Shown here piece by piece: positions 32,175-45,500 of a stretch of 64,000 bases of DNA. The notes under the pieces were generated by a model that was not told the origin of the DNA, did not search any database, and saw only the letters and a list, made by a program, of their open reading frames with translations. Source of the DNA: Marsupella aquatica. Its lineage: Eukaryota; Plantae; Marchantiophyta. Both the position numbers and the translations under genes were made by a program. Position 1 is the first letter of the stretch; each line of letters starts with the position of its first letter. The DNA is taken from assembly GCA_973895155.1 (NCBI GenBank), contig OZ316899.1, positions 953,573-1,017,572 on the forward strand, given 5' to 3'.

Positions 32175-35074
32175 TTAGCCGTTTCATCCAATTGGTCTAC
32201 ATCCTTAACTTCCTCCGGAATTGCAGCTAAAAAGGTGGATTCTATTGTAAAGCAGTCCTCGACCTCTTCGTCTTCTTCTTCCAAGTCACCTTCCATTGGT
32301 TCTTGCCATAATCCGCTGGGGGGTACCTCTGGTCCAAAGACACCTTCTTCGGTTAGGTTAGTGAAGCATTCTAACCAACGTACTTCATCGGCCGACTCCA
32401 GTCCACTATCGTACCCATCTACTTCCCTTATGCTTTTCCTACGGTCATCCTTAGTGTCCCAGGATACCGTGATAGAGGGGGTCCCGAAAGTGAACTGCTT
32501 TTTACCCCAATCTTCTATTACCTCGGCTAGGTACAGCCATGGCCTACCAATCAATAGCCGGAATGACGTAGGATTTACCGGCTTCATTACTACATAGTTA
32601 ATGCTAAAGAAGATACCTCCTATCTCTGTCTTGATGCCGGTTAACACTCCCGTCGGAATGACCTGATATCCATTGGCCATGTTCAACACTCTTCCAGTCA
32701 TCTCCGGTGTTAGACCCCACCCTTTTGCTGTTGAATCAATCATAATACATACCCCTGATCCTCCATCGATGGGTACCCGTAGTAATAATTCTCCTTGAAT
32801 CATTAATGGTAATGCTGGGGCTCCTTGATCTTCTTCTATCATTAGTACGTCGGATCTGGTTGCTACCTTGGGTAATCTCGGCTTGCCGAGAATAGCCTTC
32901 CTTAATTGCTTCCGGAAGTACGGGCTATTTTTCAATAGTTGACCTACTGTTGCCGAGACTCTAGATTCTAGTACATCTTTAGCCAGGTCATAGGGAACAA
33001 TCGGCTTCTCTTCTGGTGGTGTTTCCGTCTTGGATTCGGCCAGTTTTGCCACGCTAGTCTCCACAGCTGTTGGGTCTTCCGAAGCAAACAATGCTTTTGC
33101 TCGTTTTACATCCTTGGCAATGGCTTCGGTATTCTCCAGGGTTTCTAATTCTCTTAGTTGTTCCTTAACACTAGCCGTAACAGAGGGGTAGAACAACTTA
33201 GGATGATCTCGATTGAAGTCGCTATCTTGTGAAGGATTGGTTTCACTGGTGGGCTCATGGCTTACCTGTATTGCCGGAGCCCTCCCTTCTCCTTCTGTTG
33301 ATGTTGACGAAGAGTCGATCCTTTCCTTCGTAACCTTCCCTTTATTTTTGGCCAGCCCATCCCACCTTTCCTTCCTTCTGGTAGATCGAGTAGAGACCCG
33401 GTAGCAATCATGATCTAAATCCTCCTCTGAGAAGGTTGATAGGGCTTCGGCCTCATCATCAGATGGTACGAACTCTGCCTCGGCATCCTCTTGCCATCCT
33501 AGTTCGATGTGGTTGATTTGAACTCCTCCGGGGGTAGTACCTGGCGGTAAGATCTTGATCGGCAAAAGCTTATGATTTGCGGCCAGGCCTGCCAACCAAG
33601 TAGGACATTGCCCTAGCATATGACCTTCCTGTCGGCATCCCATACATAGCTGAGCTGGTTGTCCATCACCCTGTTTGCGTGCATTCGGGCATTCTCTAGC
33701 AAAATGGCCAGGTTGACCACAATTATAGCACGCCGCAAATCTTTGCACATTCGGCCTAGGAGGTACTGACGGGTTCTGAATAATCCGAGGATACATCTCT
33801 CCTGGATTGTTCCTTAACCCTGACCACAGAGATGCAGGTCTGTTGGATAGGTCTCGTGCTCCAGTCTCACTGATGCCGAAAACACTATCAGCGGCATCTC
33901 CCAAAAAGTACTCTACTTCTCCCTGACATGGTCTGATCTCGGCCACATGCCGAACATGATTAGTATTAAGCTTAGGACAAGCATCTTTATGGTGTCCGGT
34001 TTTATAACATAAGGCACACCATACAGAGCTATCCTCCTGTACTACCTTCTTCTTTGGTTTTACCTCTGCAATGATAGCCTTAAGTTGCTCGGTAAGGGCT
34101 ACGATGTTATCTGGTGGCTTAGCCTCCATCTTGACTTTCGTCTTCCCTCTCCTTCTGCCCTTCCTTTTCCTAGTTTTTTCTTCTTCAGAACTAGAAGATG
34201 ACTCACTCTTGCTACTCCCACTATTCGAGCTTGACTTATCACTTCTAGACTTCTTGGAATGTTTCTTCTTCTTATCTTTTTTCTTGTGGGGTGATCCCTC
34301 CTCTGATGAGGAACTCTCAGACTTAAGCTGTTTCTTCCGGCTTGTGATATCTGCATTAATGTATAATTGAATATCCTTAATTGCTTCGGCTAAGGTCTCC
34401 GGGTTCTCCTTCCTAATTGCAAAACTCATCTTCTGTGGCAAAGCATTCACCAACCATTGAAGTTGCATACCTTCAGATGCATTGGTCTTTGTACGTCTTA
34501 CCAGTTTCTGAAAGCGTTGCAAGAACTTCCTGAAGGATTTGTTCTCCTTGAACCGAAGTTGTCCCAACTTCAGCACTGCTAGTTCTGAAGTTCCAATGGG
34601 TCGAAACTCCTTAACAAAGAGTGTTTTGAAGATATCCCAGATGGCTTGATCTTCCACATCTAATGCTCTGTACCAAGGCCTAGCCTCACCCTTGAACAGG
34701 CCGGGAAGAATCTGCATCTTGATGGCCGATTCTCCATTTGCTGCAGCGGTTCCCTCGAAATCATCCAACCATTCGTCCGGATCCTCATCTCCTCTCCCAT
34801 GAAATGCCTTGTAATGTATGCGCGACCGCTGGCTCAATCTGGTCCCTGGCCTCTCGTCTGGCCGTGCCTCTGGTTCCCCCATGTCGGTTGGAGACTCACT
34901 TCTCCTTACCGACTCTTCTTCTGGTATGTCTTCTTCGACGCCACTTCCAGTTTCGGAGCTACCAGCTCTTTCTGCCCCTCTCAGTCGCTGTGTATCATGC
35001 CACCCGGCGAGCTGCTGCAGTCGAGCTCTCTCCCGTTGAATCACTCTTTCTTCCCTCGGCGTAAGGTCAGTCAT
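32081..35074 (-). CDS. gag: gag-protease polyprotein (997 aa) of A copy 2
   Basis: As in copy 1; all three CCHC knuckles are intact. Confidence 0.92.
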   Translation of the reverse strand: MTDLTPREERVIQRERARLQQLAGWHDTQRLRGAERAGSSETGSGVEEDIPEEESVRRSESPTDMGEPEARPDERPGTRLSQRSRIHYKAFHGRGDEDPDEWLDDFEGTAAANGESAIKMQILPGLFKGEARPWYRALDVEDQAIWDIFKTLFVKEFRPIGTSELAVLKLGQLRFKENKSFRKFLQRFQKLVRRTKTNASEGMQLQWLVNALPQKMSFAIRKENPETLAEAIKDIQLYINADITSRKKQLKSESSSSEEGSPHKKKDKKKKHSKKSRSDKSSSNSGSSKSESSSSSEEEKTRKRKGRRRGKTKVKMEAKPPDNIVALTEQLKAIIAEVKPKKKVVQEDSSVWCALCYKTGHHKDACPKLNTNHVRHVAEIRPCQGEVEYFLGDAADSVFGISETGARDLSNRPASLWSGLRNNPGEMYPRIIQNPSVPPRPNVQRFAACYNCGQPGHFARECPNARKQGDGQPAQLCMGCRQEGHMLGQCPTWLAGLAANHKLLPIKILPPGTTPGGVQINHIELGWQEDAEAEFVPSDDEAEALSTFSEEDLDHDCYRVSTRSTRRKERWDGLAKNKGKVTKERIDSSSTSTEGEGRAPAIQVSHEPTSETNPSQDSDFNRDHPKLFYPSVTASVKEQLRELETLENTEAIAKDVKRAKALFASEDPTAVETSVAKLAESKTETPPEEKPIVPYDLAKDVLESRVSATVGQLLKNSPYFRKQLRKAILGKPRLPKVATRSDVLMIEEDQGAPALPLMIQGELLLRVPIDGGSGVCIMIDSTAKGWGLTPEMTGRVLNMANGYQVIPTGVLTGIKTEIGGIFFSINYVVMKPVNPTSFRLLIGRPWLYLAEVIEDWGKKQFTFGTPSITVSWDTKDDRRKSIREVDGYDSGLESADEVRWLECFTNLTEEGVFGPEVPPSGLWQEPMEGDLEEEDEEVEDCFTIESTFLAAIPEEVKDVDQLDETAKWGAVAGTVDFLQALWQSRRGPQRHRSSARN
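32091..32150 (-). promoter_or_regulatory. Candidate -1 frameshift signal of A copy 2
   Basis: GGATTTT at 32150-32144 and the same 10-bp stem. The only difference from copy 1 is in the loop. Confidence 0.8.
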
Positions 35075-35121
35075 TACCTACGCTTCCGTTCTAACTTCAT
35101 ATCTCACGGCTTAAGAAATGC

Positions 35122-35139
35122 CCCCTCCATCTAGCGCCA
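35122..35139 (-). other. Primer binding site of A copy 2 (tRNA-Asn-like)
   Basis: TGGCGCTAGATGGAGGGG, 4 nt after the LTR end at 35144. Confidence 0.75.
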
Positions 35140-35143
35140 AAAA

Positions 35144-38100
35144 TGTGGTGCGTCCCATGGCTCCCTAAACCCAAGAAACCCCCCAGCTCAAGCCGATTCC
35201 CGCAGGTTTCGCGCTTGGCGAGGCCGTTTTCGCGGCTTAGCGGCATGGGACGCTGCTAACCTTCTACTACTACTATTAACATTTTACACACATATACTGG
35301 ACAGATCCTTCATCGGGTCATGAGATACGTAGCCGGCCTAATATAGGCCTTCCCCTGTCTTCCCCTGTCTTCCCCTCCGTCTTGTTAGGTATGTTTGGAT
35401 TCCGCCGCCGGAATGATCCCCAATAGGCTTGGTTAAGCCGCTAAGACCTCTCTCAGCTCGACACATCCAACTCTCACTCCCCTGCTTACTTTCCTTCTTT
35501 CTGTTGATGTGGGCACTCTTCACACAAGTTAATGCGACACACAAATAGCAAAATGACTCATTCTGACTGAGTCATACCATGCACTTGCCATACAAACAGT
35601 ACATCTCATACACAAGTTCTGCGAACTAAGCCGTGAGGCCAACTCTATTCAGCTCTTAGGCATGAGGAAACATGAATATACACAAGGGTCACTGTATGAC
35701 TAACCGAGAGCTTCTCGTACTACTTGATCCCAGCCCGGCTGGTGCAAACTAAAAACTTGCTAAAGAAGAGGCCCTGAGCTCCCCGCTGCCCAGGTACTTA
35801 TCCTGGTAGTGGATCCGCCATTCTTTGCATCGTAAGCCTAATCTACTTAACAGTAATCTACTTGCCCGAATCTACCTATGTACAGCAAGGCAGGAGCACA
35901 AGTGTTGCTCCTACCAGTGGGACCGCAATCCCACTAAGCTAAGTGTCAGGGCCGCTCCTGGTTCTGATCCTAATCCTAAACGTGGAGATCCGTGCCCGCC
36001 CTGCCCACTCACGCCTCCTCCCTCCACGTCCGCCCTCCCTAAAAGGAACGGCGCCCTTGCACCGTCACGACACCGGTGGTGGATCCTCAATGGACGCCCC
36101 CAACACTTCCTCCTCAGCCACTGCCGTTGGCCCGCCTACTGACAGATTACCTGCCCTTGACCGAGTCAACTCTTCCTCGGCCTGACTGGGTCCACCTTCG
36201 GCTTCAGCCTCGACACCGGCCTCGGCAATACCCACGGCTTCGGCTTCAGCCACCCCCACGGCTTCGGCTTCAGCCACTCCCTCGGCTTCGGCCTCCCCTT
36301 CCCCTAGGGTAGTTGGATCCTTAGCTGTGACCCTGTCTGGGGTCGGTGCCGGGTCTACCTCCTTGATCACCACGGCCTGTGAAGTCGTATTACTCCTTGA
36401 CCCTGAAGGTTTCCGCTTCTTCTTCGTTGGTGGCTCGGCAGCTGGTCCCTTCCCCTTCCCACTTACCTCCGGCACTGGTGCAGGTGGCGCGGCTTGTCCT
36501 TCGGCAATTACCACCCCTGGTAACTGGTTTGTCCCAACAGGAGATGGACCTGCTGCAGCTAAGCATTTAAATACTGCGGCTTGTTTCTTCAGCCGCTCTG
36601 TTTGGTTGTCGGCCCGCCGCTGTAGGTTCTCCATCTTCCTCGTGATTTCCTCCAACTCCTCTTGGGTTTCATCCAGGTCCTTACGTGCCCCCTCCAGCTC
36701 GTTTTTGGCCTCCTCCTGCTCCCTGTGGGCTTCCTCCAATTCCTTCTTCAAGGTAGCCTTCTCCTCCTGGGTTGCTCTTAGCTCCTTGTCGAGCTCTGCA
36801 ATGATGACAGACTCCATCTGGTTCATCTTGGCGTAAGTCTGTTCGAGCATCTCGTCCTTCTCCCTTAGGTCGGCCTTGAAGCTGGCCGTCAGGGACGCAA
36901 GCTCCTGCTGCAGCGCCATAATCCCTTGATAGGATTTCCCTAACTCGACCTCCTTCTGCTCAAGGGCTCCGCGGATTTTCTCGAGCTCCCCTTTCAACGC
37001 CCATTCCTTTCTTTGGGTCTCCGCCATGGCCCGGCTGTTGGCTGTTATGTGGGCCTCCTCTGTATTCTTCAGCTCTTGCTTCCACTTTTCCCTTTCTTTG
37101 ATCGTGTCGGCCAACTCTTCCTACGTCTGAGTCAGTTTATCCTTGATATTCTGATTATCAGCCTGCGCGGCGTCCAACTGCCCCTGCATGATGTTCAGCT
37201 CATGTCGTTTAATCCGCAGTTCATCTTGGGCTTTCTTGGCCGCCCTTAGATCTTCAATCTCGGCTTCCATCCTCCTAAGCCGCCGAATGACCTCGTCCTT
37301 CTTGCTTCTCTCTAAAGCCACCGCTTCTTCTAATTGGTGCTTCTCCAACTGCTCCCTATGGAAAAAGGGTCCTACCTCCAACTCCTCTCCAAAGATGCCG
37401 AGCGCAAGTTCCCCACACATCTCACCATACTCCATGGCTCTATTCTTAGCGTAGGTGGAGTAAGTAGAAGTGATCGGCATCGCCCATCGTGGCCTCTGCT
37501 CCCAAGCCGTCCTGCGGATCTCTTCAATCGTGGCTAGAGGTTTGCTTCCTTTTTCGGCTAGCCGCCTGATGTCCTCCGGCCAATCTCCTCCTGGTAAATC
37601 CTTTTCCTTAGCCAGGGCGGCCTCTTCCTCCTGCTTGATTCGCTCCTGAAATTCCTGCACCGTCTGTTTTATGCCGTCGAAGCTCGGGGGAGCAACATCT
37701 GGTGGGGGAGACTCAGGGCTACTCTGCTGGTTGGGGTCCCCTCGCACTACCCTTGGAAGTGTGGGGACAAACCGGCCACAGGTCCTTACTCCTGGAACGT
37801 GATGGTCCGACCCATAGCCGGAATTATCATGGTTGCAGTCCTCCACTGCCTCCTCTACCTCTTGGATTTCCGGCTTCTCCCTCTCCTCTTCCTCGGTAGG
37901 AGCTTCAGGCAATTCTGCCTCAGATTCGGAGCTTGAGGTTCCCACGTACATTCGAACACCTGGCTTGGATTCCGGCCTGATTCTCTCGTCTCCAGCAAAG
38001 GGGTTTTCTCTTGTGAGCCGGTGTAGGCCTACCTCTGTAGTAGTGTCCTGCATGGTTGCCGTTGCCGTTGTTGTTGCCGATGCCGATTTCTTTTCTTTCT

Positions 38101-39336
38101 CCAGTAGTTTCAGCAGACTCTGCATGCCTGGTTGCTGCATCGGCAAGTCTTCCTTCCTGGGCCTAAACACCTGCTCGATCGTAGGACTAACAGGTGGTTG
38201 AGGCTTCTCAGCCAACGGCCTCGGCGTTGGAGCTTCCTCGGGTGCCCTTACCTGTAGGGGAAGTACCGGGGCAAAAGTCTGACCTCTGGCATACCGGCAC
38301 AACAGCGGCATGTGATAGCCAAGCCGCGACACGCTCCCCATGCCGATTACCTGCTGCTCCTCCTTTAAGATCTTCTTCAATTGGTTGAGGAGGTACCCGT
38401 TGTAGTCCCGGGTTGGGTCTGGCCTTTCTGCCAGATAGACCTGTGCCTTGCCGATCTCTGCCCTCGGCAAGTTACAATGCATGGTCACCCGCAAGAAGTC
38501 GATCATCTCTCCTATGTGCGGGTTGGTGCAGGTGTTCCGGAAGAAGCCATTCTTCGTTGATGGCCCGGGGAACGACCGGAACTCCTTGTCAGGCAAGGTC
38601 TTCCTGGTATCAACTTTGGTCTTATTGCCCATCGGCAAGCCAAACACTTCGGCAATCACCTTGGGAGTAAGATAGAAATCCTTCCCATATATCCTCGTGC
38701 AATTGGTCTCGGGTTCCCATGACCCCACGAATTCTAATAGGTCTGACTCCGGTACCTCCGGCTTCAGCCATGGTAATCTTACAAAGGCCTCCAAGCCGGA
38801 TCCGGCCATGAAGCCTTGGTACTTCTTGGTCTGCATGGCCGTAAAGCATGCATCCTCCTCCCGTGCAAAATGTAGTTGCACCTCCACCGGTAGGGTTGCC
38901 GCCCAGCCCTTCCAGGTGTCATCCCTGGTTGGAATGGCCTTGATGGGATCGACCTCCTCCTCTTCGGCTTCTCCCTGCCTCCTGCTCTGCTGCTCGGCTG
39001 GCTTCTTTGGTGCCGTCGACCTCGTTCTTTTTGCCGGGGTGGCTTCATCGTTGACGGCTCCCTTCCTCTTCATCTCTGCTGCCGTGGAGGTTTCTCCTAG
39101 CACCGTTGCCTGGGTCCACCTTTCCGTGCTACCCTTTAATTCCCAGTGTATGTCATTGCAGTTCTTGATGGCCTCTCGGATGCCGACGACGCTGTCCTTG
39201 CAAAACAGAAGATCGTCGAGTTGATTGGAAGTAGGCATCCACAGGAACTCGTCCTTGATGAGTTCGCCTCCTAAGAAAGCCGTCTTCTGCAGCTCCCACA
39301 ATCGAGCGAGCTCCTGCCGTTCTCGAGCTGCCCTTT
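35144..39336 (-). repeat. 5' LTR of A copy 2, part 1; its LTR ORF has a TAG at 37121-37123 and is split by B
   Basis: 4193 bp here plus 464 bp at 51835..52298 gives 4657 bp. Confidence 0.95.
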
Positions 39337-42300
39337 TGTCAAACACTTGCCAAGGAGCTTAAGCGGCTTTTCTCCCCAAAAGACTACCTAATACCTGCTC
39401 CATGTCATACCAGGGTCACAAAGGATTGACAAAACTTCTGAAGTGTGCTTACAATGTCCAATCACTCCATACATAAGTAGTTTCAACTCTCCACTTCTAG
39501 AGAGGTAGTCCCCTTGACTACTTTTGTACTCACCCCTTCCCCTCTCCTCTACTCCAAGGATCAGCAAGGGGGATCTCCGCTCCAAGCTGTCACCTTAGAG
39601 TAGATTCTCACACAAACACCCAAGAACCCAAAGTACTTTCCTCTTCAAGCTTAAGTCTCCTCAAGACCCTCAAAGTAGTGTTACCCCTCAACCTTGCCCC
39701 CCTGGCCTTGGTTTGGGTCCACACATCCCCTTTGAGCCCTAGAGAAGGCTCCTCTATCTAAGGACTCTTCCTCTTGTTCTTACTTCTTGTTAACACCACA
39801 CACCAAGCAAAGTACTTTCCACCCTCAAGCTATAATCCTCTCTAAGTCTCAAAGTAATGCTATACCTTAACCTTGCCTCCTTGGCCTTGGTTTTGTACTA
39901 GCACATCCCCTTCAAGCTTAGACCAAGATTATACCATAGCATGGACTCTTCTCTTGCTCTCATATACTTCAAATGCACTCACACTTAATGGTCACAATGA
40001 AGATTGGTAAGTCTCCTTTTATTGCATCACCTTTACAACAAAAGTTCACTACACATTCTCCACACTAAGCATGGACCACCTCTCCTTTCTCAAGCTTAGC
40101 CCTACCTTGGCAAGGTAGAGATTTCACTTAAGAGATGAGACTCCCGGTCCCTAACAAATGAAAACTTCCTCCTTATATACTATCTCCTTCCACATCACAC
40201 CAAGCTTGACCTGGGGTCCAACTATACCTCCCCCAAGTCCTCCTAACACACAAAGTCCAACTCTATAGTTCATAGCCCACCCTACTACTTGCTATTTTGC
40301 CTCCTTCCAAGCCCTGGAATATGCCACACATGAGTGGTATGCTTTGACTTCCAAACCTACTCCCACTTATGGTCCTCCTCACCAGCTTACCAACCCACTT
40401 GAAAGCTCGCAAAAAGAGTGAGTGAGTCTCAAGTTGTGCCTAGTCAAAGTTGGCCTTATTTTACTTGTAACCCCTTTACTACCCTAAGTAAACTACCCCC
40501 TATATTTACTTTTCTTAACTTGATGGCCTTACACCTTTGGCCAAAGGTAAGTACCCTTCTCTAGAGCCTAACTCAAGTGGTATGGGTGCAAGAAAGGTCA
40601 GCCCCTAAATCTGGTATTCATTCCCCTATGCCGACTTTGGTTTGCAAGTTGTCGGGACTCCCTCGTGGCCTCGGTTAAAAATATATTTGAGTGATTACTT
40701 TTCTGGGGTTCCACCTTCACCAGGGGGTGCCTTATCTTCCCCTAACTCAGCACAAAAAAATTTGGGCCCCAACGGATACCTCTAGCCAAAGTTATGCCCA
40801 TTCTCCCAAGGCCTGTTTTTGGTGTAAAGCGGGTGTAAGCGGCGGCCCGATTACACTTACCTTACATGCCCCTTATGGGGATTCCACGTGTCATGAGGGG
40901 AGAGCACTCTCATTATACTCATGTTTCTTATGAAGAAATTGTAAGGACAGCAATGTTTGCAGCCATTTCTCTCTCGTGAATTCAATCTAAAACCACAGCA
41001 TTCTCTATTGGATTCTTTCTTGTGCAGCAGTCCAGCTGATCAGCCGCCAGCCCCTCAATTTCACAGCCACCATAGCTCACAGCCAGCCTAGTCAATTTCG
41101 CAGCTAGCCCACCTCTTCAATTTTTCCGCTAGCAACACAGTCAATTTCGCAGCTAGCAGCACAGTCACATCAGCGCATTTACAGCACAACAACAGCAGAT
41201 TTGAAGCACAGCAGCAGCAACCATAGCTTGATTCCTTCTCAGTCAAGCAGGTCTCTCTTCTCAATTTCGTAGCTGCCCACCTTTGCAATTTCGCAGCTAG
41301 CAGCAGCATCATTCAATTCAGCAGCATCAAGGCAGCAGCCAGCCAATTCTCATGAGCATCTCGTGCCTGATTAGTAGGAGCACCTCTAATCTAGTGTGCA
41401 GCTGTCATAGCAGCAAGCAGCCTTCCCAATTCAAAGCCAGCAGCGATCCTAATTTGCAGCCATAGCTCTTTTCCTTCTCAGCAGCCATAGCTTCTTCAAT
41501 CAGCAACAGCCCTTGCTTCTTCAATCAGCAGCAGCCATTTCAATTCAGCCGCCCTTCCTTCAATTCAGCCGCCCTTGTGCTCAATTGATTCCTCAAGTAA
41601 TCATGCAGCACCTTTGGACAGCCTCCCGGTGCTTGACGTCCTCACCAGCCTCGTGCTTGCTCCTCCTTGCCTCGTGCTCGCTCCTCCTTGCCTCGTGCTC
41701 GCCGCGTGATCGTCGCCCACGCGGTTTACACTTAGAAAAAAATACATTTTTTTTTGGAAAAACAGCATTTTGGGGCGATTTTGGACCCCCCTCCAAAACT
41801 CACACATAAGTCCAAAAGGACTTCTGAGTAGCTCCACTGATTCTATGGACATAGGACTATGTCCGGGTTTACTAAGATATAAACAAAACCCTATAACAAC
41901 TTTTCTAAAATTAGGCAAAGAGGGTCAAGTCTTTATGTCTTCCAAAATTCTTCTCAACTTTGAGATGCTCCCAAAAAGTAACCAAGTGTGACAAAGTTGT
42001 CCCACAAGTTTCTAGGGATAGAGGGGACCATACTTAACCCACTTCCAAACTTGGAACCCCTACATTTACCCATCAGCTATTTTTCCCGGGACCCGCTATT
42101 TGGTAACTTTGATTTTTGCCAAAATACTTATAACTCCTAGGTTAAGACCCCACTTGACTTCATACTTTTTCAGGGTTCCCTAGGGACCTCCCAGCACCCA
42201 TGGGAGAAATATCAGCCAAAAATAAGATGTCCGGTGTCGGGTCATTTTTCGGTCCCGACTTAGTCGCCTATTATAACTAAGGACGGAACTAGTTTCCTGC

Positions 42301-42501
42301 CCCTCCTATAGTAACTTGCTTACCCCTAGATAACTTTGCATAACTAAAATTCCCTCTTACCTCTACTAAGCTTCCCTTCTTACTTAAGTGCCCTAAACCT
42401 AGCTACTCTGATAGCACTAAAACTTTTTCCCTAACTATTTCCTCTTCTAAACGAAAGAATGTCATGTTTCTCTACACTAGCTGACACTGAGCCATCCCAC
42501 A
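39337..42501 (-). repeat. 3' LTR of B, 3165 bp; includes an imperfect ~179-bp internal duplication (~39610..39970) and a CAG/AGC-rich tract (~41030..41580)
   Basis: TG...CA termini. Direct repeat of 48665..51829 (offset 9328). Confidence 0.95.
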
Positions 42502-42503
42502 TA

Positions 42504-42514
42504 GCCCCCTACTT
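42504..42514 (-). other. Polypurine tract of B
   Basis: Minus strand AAGTAGGGGGC-TA-TGTGGG. Confidence 0.75.
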
Positions 42515-42541
42515 AAGTGTGCAGCGTCCCCGCAAACACAC

Positions 42542-45500
42542 TTATTCCTGATTAAAGTACCTTTTCAACCTATCATGATGCACTCTAGTAGGGAACACCT
42601 CTCCTTCAAGAGTAGCAAGCTGAATTGACCCATTAGCATAAACCTGGTGAACAACATAAGGACCCAACCACCGAGTATGCAACTTGCCTGGAAAATGAGC
42701 ATACCTACTGTCATAGAGTAATACCAGTTGTCCAGCAAGTAAAGAAGTTGGCTTCTTCAACTTCTTGTCATGATGTTGCTTCACTTGAGCTTGCTTCTTC
42801 TTCACTTGCTTGCTTGCCTCTTCCCGGATTTCCTCCAACTCCTCCAGCTGGTAAGCTCTCTCCATTAAACTCTGGTCAGCCTCCATTCTCTCCTCCACAC
42901 TTACCCTCAAAGTAGGCACTTCAAACTCAACAGGTACAAGGGAGTGTTGTCCAAATACTAGGTAGAAAGGACTATGGCCGGTTGTGGTCTTGAAAGCAAG
43001 GTTGTAGGAGTACACAGCTGAGTATAATTTGTCATCCCAATCAGTCTTGTGTGCCGCCACGGTTTTGTTCAAGATCTTGCCAATGATGCCATTAGCTCTC
43101 TCCGTTAATCCATTGGCCTTGGGGTGATAGGGGGTGGTCTTCCTATGCTTAATCAAGTAATGGTTAGTGAGCTCCTCCACAACTTCATTCAAGAAGTGAG
43201 TCCCCCTATCACTAACCAGCTCTAGAGGTGGCCCAAATCTGGTAAAAATCTGTTGATACATGAACCTTGCTACTGTGAGAGCATTATCCTTGCTGGTTGG
43301 TCTTGCCTCTACCCACTTAGTAGCATAATCAGTTGCAAGAAGGATGTATCGATTCCTTCTAGACCTGGTCACAGGAGTGATGGGACCTATGAAATCTATA
43401 CCCCACTTCTCAAAAGGTGCAAGAGGTAAGATGGTGGTAAGAGGGTGATGCCTTGAGTGAGCTGGCTTACCTGTCCTTTGGCAAGGGTCACATCCCCTCA
43501 CAAAAAGACTTACATCCTTATGAAGTGTTGGCCACCAATACCCTGCATCAAGAATTTTCCTTGCTGTTGTTGCACTTGCATAATGGCCACCAGCCTCCTC
43601 CTCATGCATAGCTCTCATCACAATGGAGATTTCCTTCTTCTCCAAACACCTCCTTAGTCTCCCATCAACTCCTTCCTTGTGAAGGACACCCTTCACCAAT
43701 AAGTAAGGTCTGATTTTTCTCAGGAAAACAGCAGCCTCCTCTTGGTTCAAATCTCTTGGTAGCCGGGTTGTGAGAAGAAATTGGATGATATCCAAATACC
43801 ATGTATCTCCTCCACTTCCCACATGAAAGAGGTCTTCATCTGGAAACTGATCATCCACCTCCTTCAAGTCCTCTTCTCCTTCAATCCTTGAGAAGAAGTC
43901 TGCATTCCCATGCTTCTTACCAGGCCTGACCCTCACCTCATAATCAAACTCTTGGAGCAACAAGATCCACCTTGCCACTCTACCAGTTACATCAGGTTTA
44001 TTCACCATATACTTGAGAGCATTGTGATCAGTATGAAAGACCACCTTATAGCCCAACAAGTAGTGCCTAAACTTCTTACAAGAGTAGATGATTCCTAGAG
44101 CTTCTCTATCGGTTGGTGAGTAATTCTTTTCAGCTGGTGCCAATAGTCTACTTGCAAAGTAGATAGGGTGATCCCTATTCTGGTCATCAAGTTGACTAAG
44201 CACCACACCAATACAAAAGCCAGACACATCCACATACACATGAAATTCTCTACTCCAATCTGGTGCTATCAAGATAGGGGCTTCAACCAACCTGTTCTTC
44301 AACTCCTGAAAACTTGCTAGCCTCTCAACTGAGGGTTCAACCTCAGCCCCCTTCTTAAGCATGCTGGTTAGGGGTAAAGCTACTTTAGCAAAGTCCTTAA
44401 TGAACCTTCTATAGTAGTTTAAACATCCCAAGAATCCCCTCAACTCTGTCACTGAAGTTGGAAACTTGACAGCCATCCAAACAGCAACCTTCTCTTGGTC
44501 CACTTCTATGCCCTTCTTGGATACCTTGTGGCCAAGTAGTATCCCTTCTTCCACACCAAAGAAGCACTTCCCTGGGTGAAGCTTCAAACCAACTTCCCTA
44601 CATCTTTGGAAGGTCATCCTCAAATGTTCAACATGGTCCTTCCCCCTTCCAAAAACAGCAAAGTCATCTATGAATACTTCCAAGAACTTTCTCAAGTAGT
44701 CATGAAAGATATTCATCATCAACCTTTGGAACATACCAGGGGCATTACAAAGACCAAAAGGCATCCTCCGAAAGGCATAAATCCCCCACTCAGTAGTAAA
44801 GGCTGTCTTCAACTGGTCCTCCTTCCTTATCCAAATCTGGTTGTAACCTGAGTACCCATCTAGGAAGCTATACACTTCCCAACCAGCTACTAAATCAAGT
44901 ACCATATCAGTAAATGGAATGGGATAGTGGTCCTTCTTAGTGGCCTCATTGAGTTTCCTAAAGTCTTGGCAAACTCGGATCTTAGGCTTACCATCCAAGC
45001 CTGGTTTCTTTGGTACTATGACAATTGGAGAAACCCACTCACTATTCAACACAGGATAGATGAAACCTGCTTCCAGCAATTTGTCTATCTCTTCCTTCAC
45101 CATCAAGGAGTACTTGGGATTCATCCGATATTGCCTTTGTCTCACAGGTGAAGCTCCTAGCATCAAGTCGATTCTATGCTCACCAAGTTCAGGGTTTACA
45201 CCAGTAAGATCCAAGTGACTCCAAGCAAACACATCCACATATTCACCTAGCAAATCTTGGATAGTTTTCTCTTCACCTGATCCCAGGGCATTTCCCAAGT
45301 TGAAGGTCTTGTCTTGCTGGACAGAGATGGTTCTGTACTGCTCAGCTCGAATCACCTCCATCTTGTTCCTCATTGTGGAGTCAAAAGTGCCCTCAAGTTG
45401 TGCCAACCTCATGCCTCCATAGACGGGTGCATTTTCAGCACTTAACTCCTCCTTCTCCTTGCTTGAATGCTGGTCTTCCTGAGTCTCATCCTCCTCTGAG

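Noticed and set aside
40691-41991. Short ORFs in the family B LTR as an LTR gene like that of family A
   Set aside because: All are 105 aa or shorter, low complexity, overlapping on both strands and show no similarity to the A protein.
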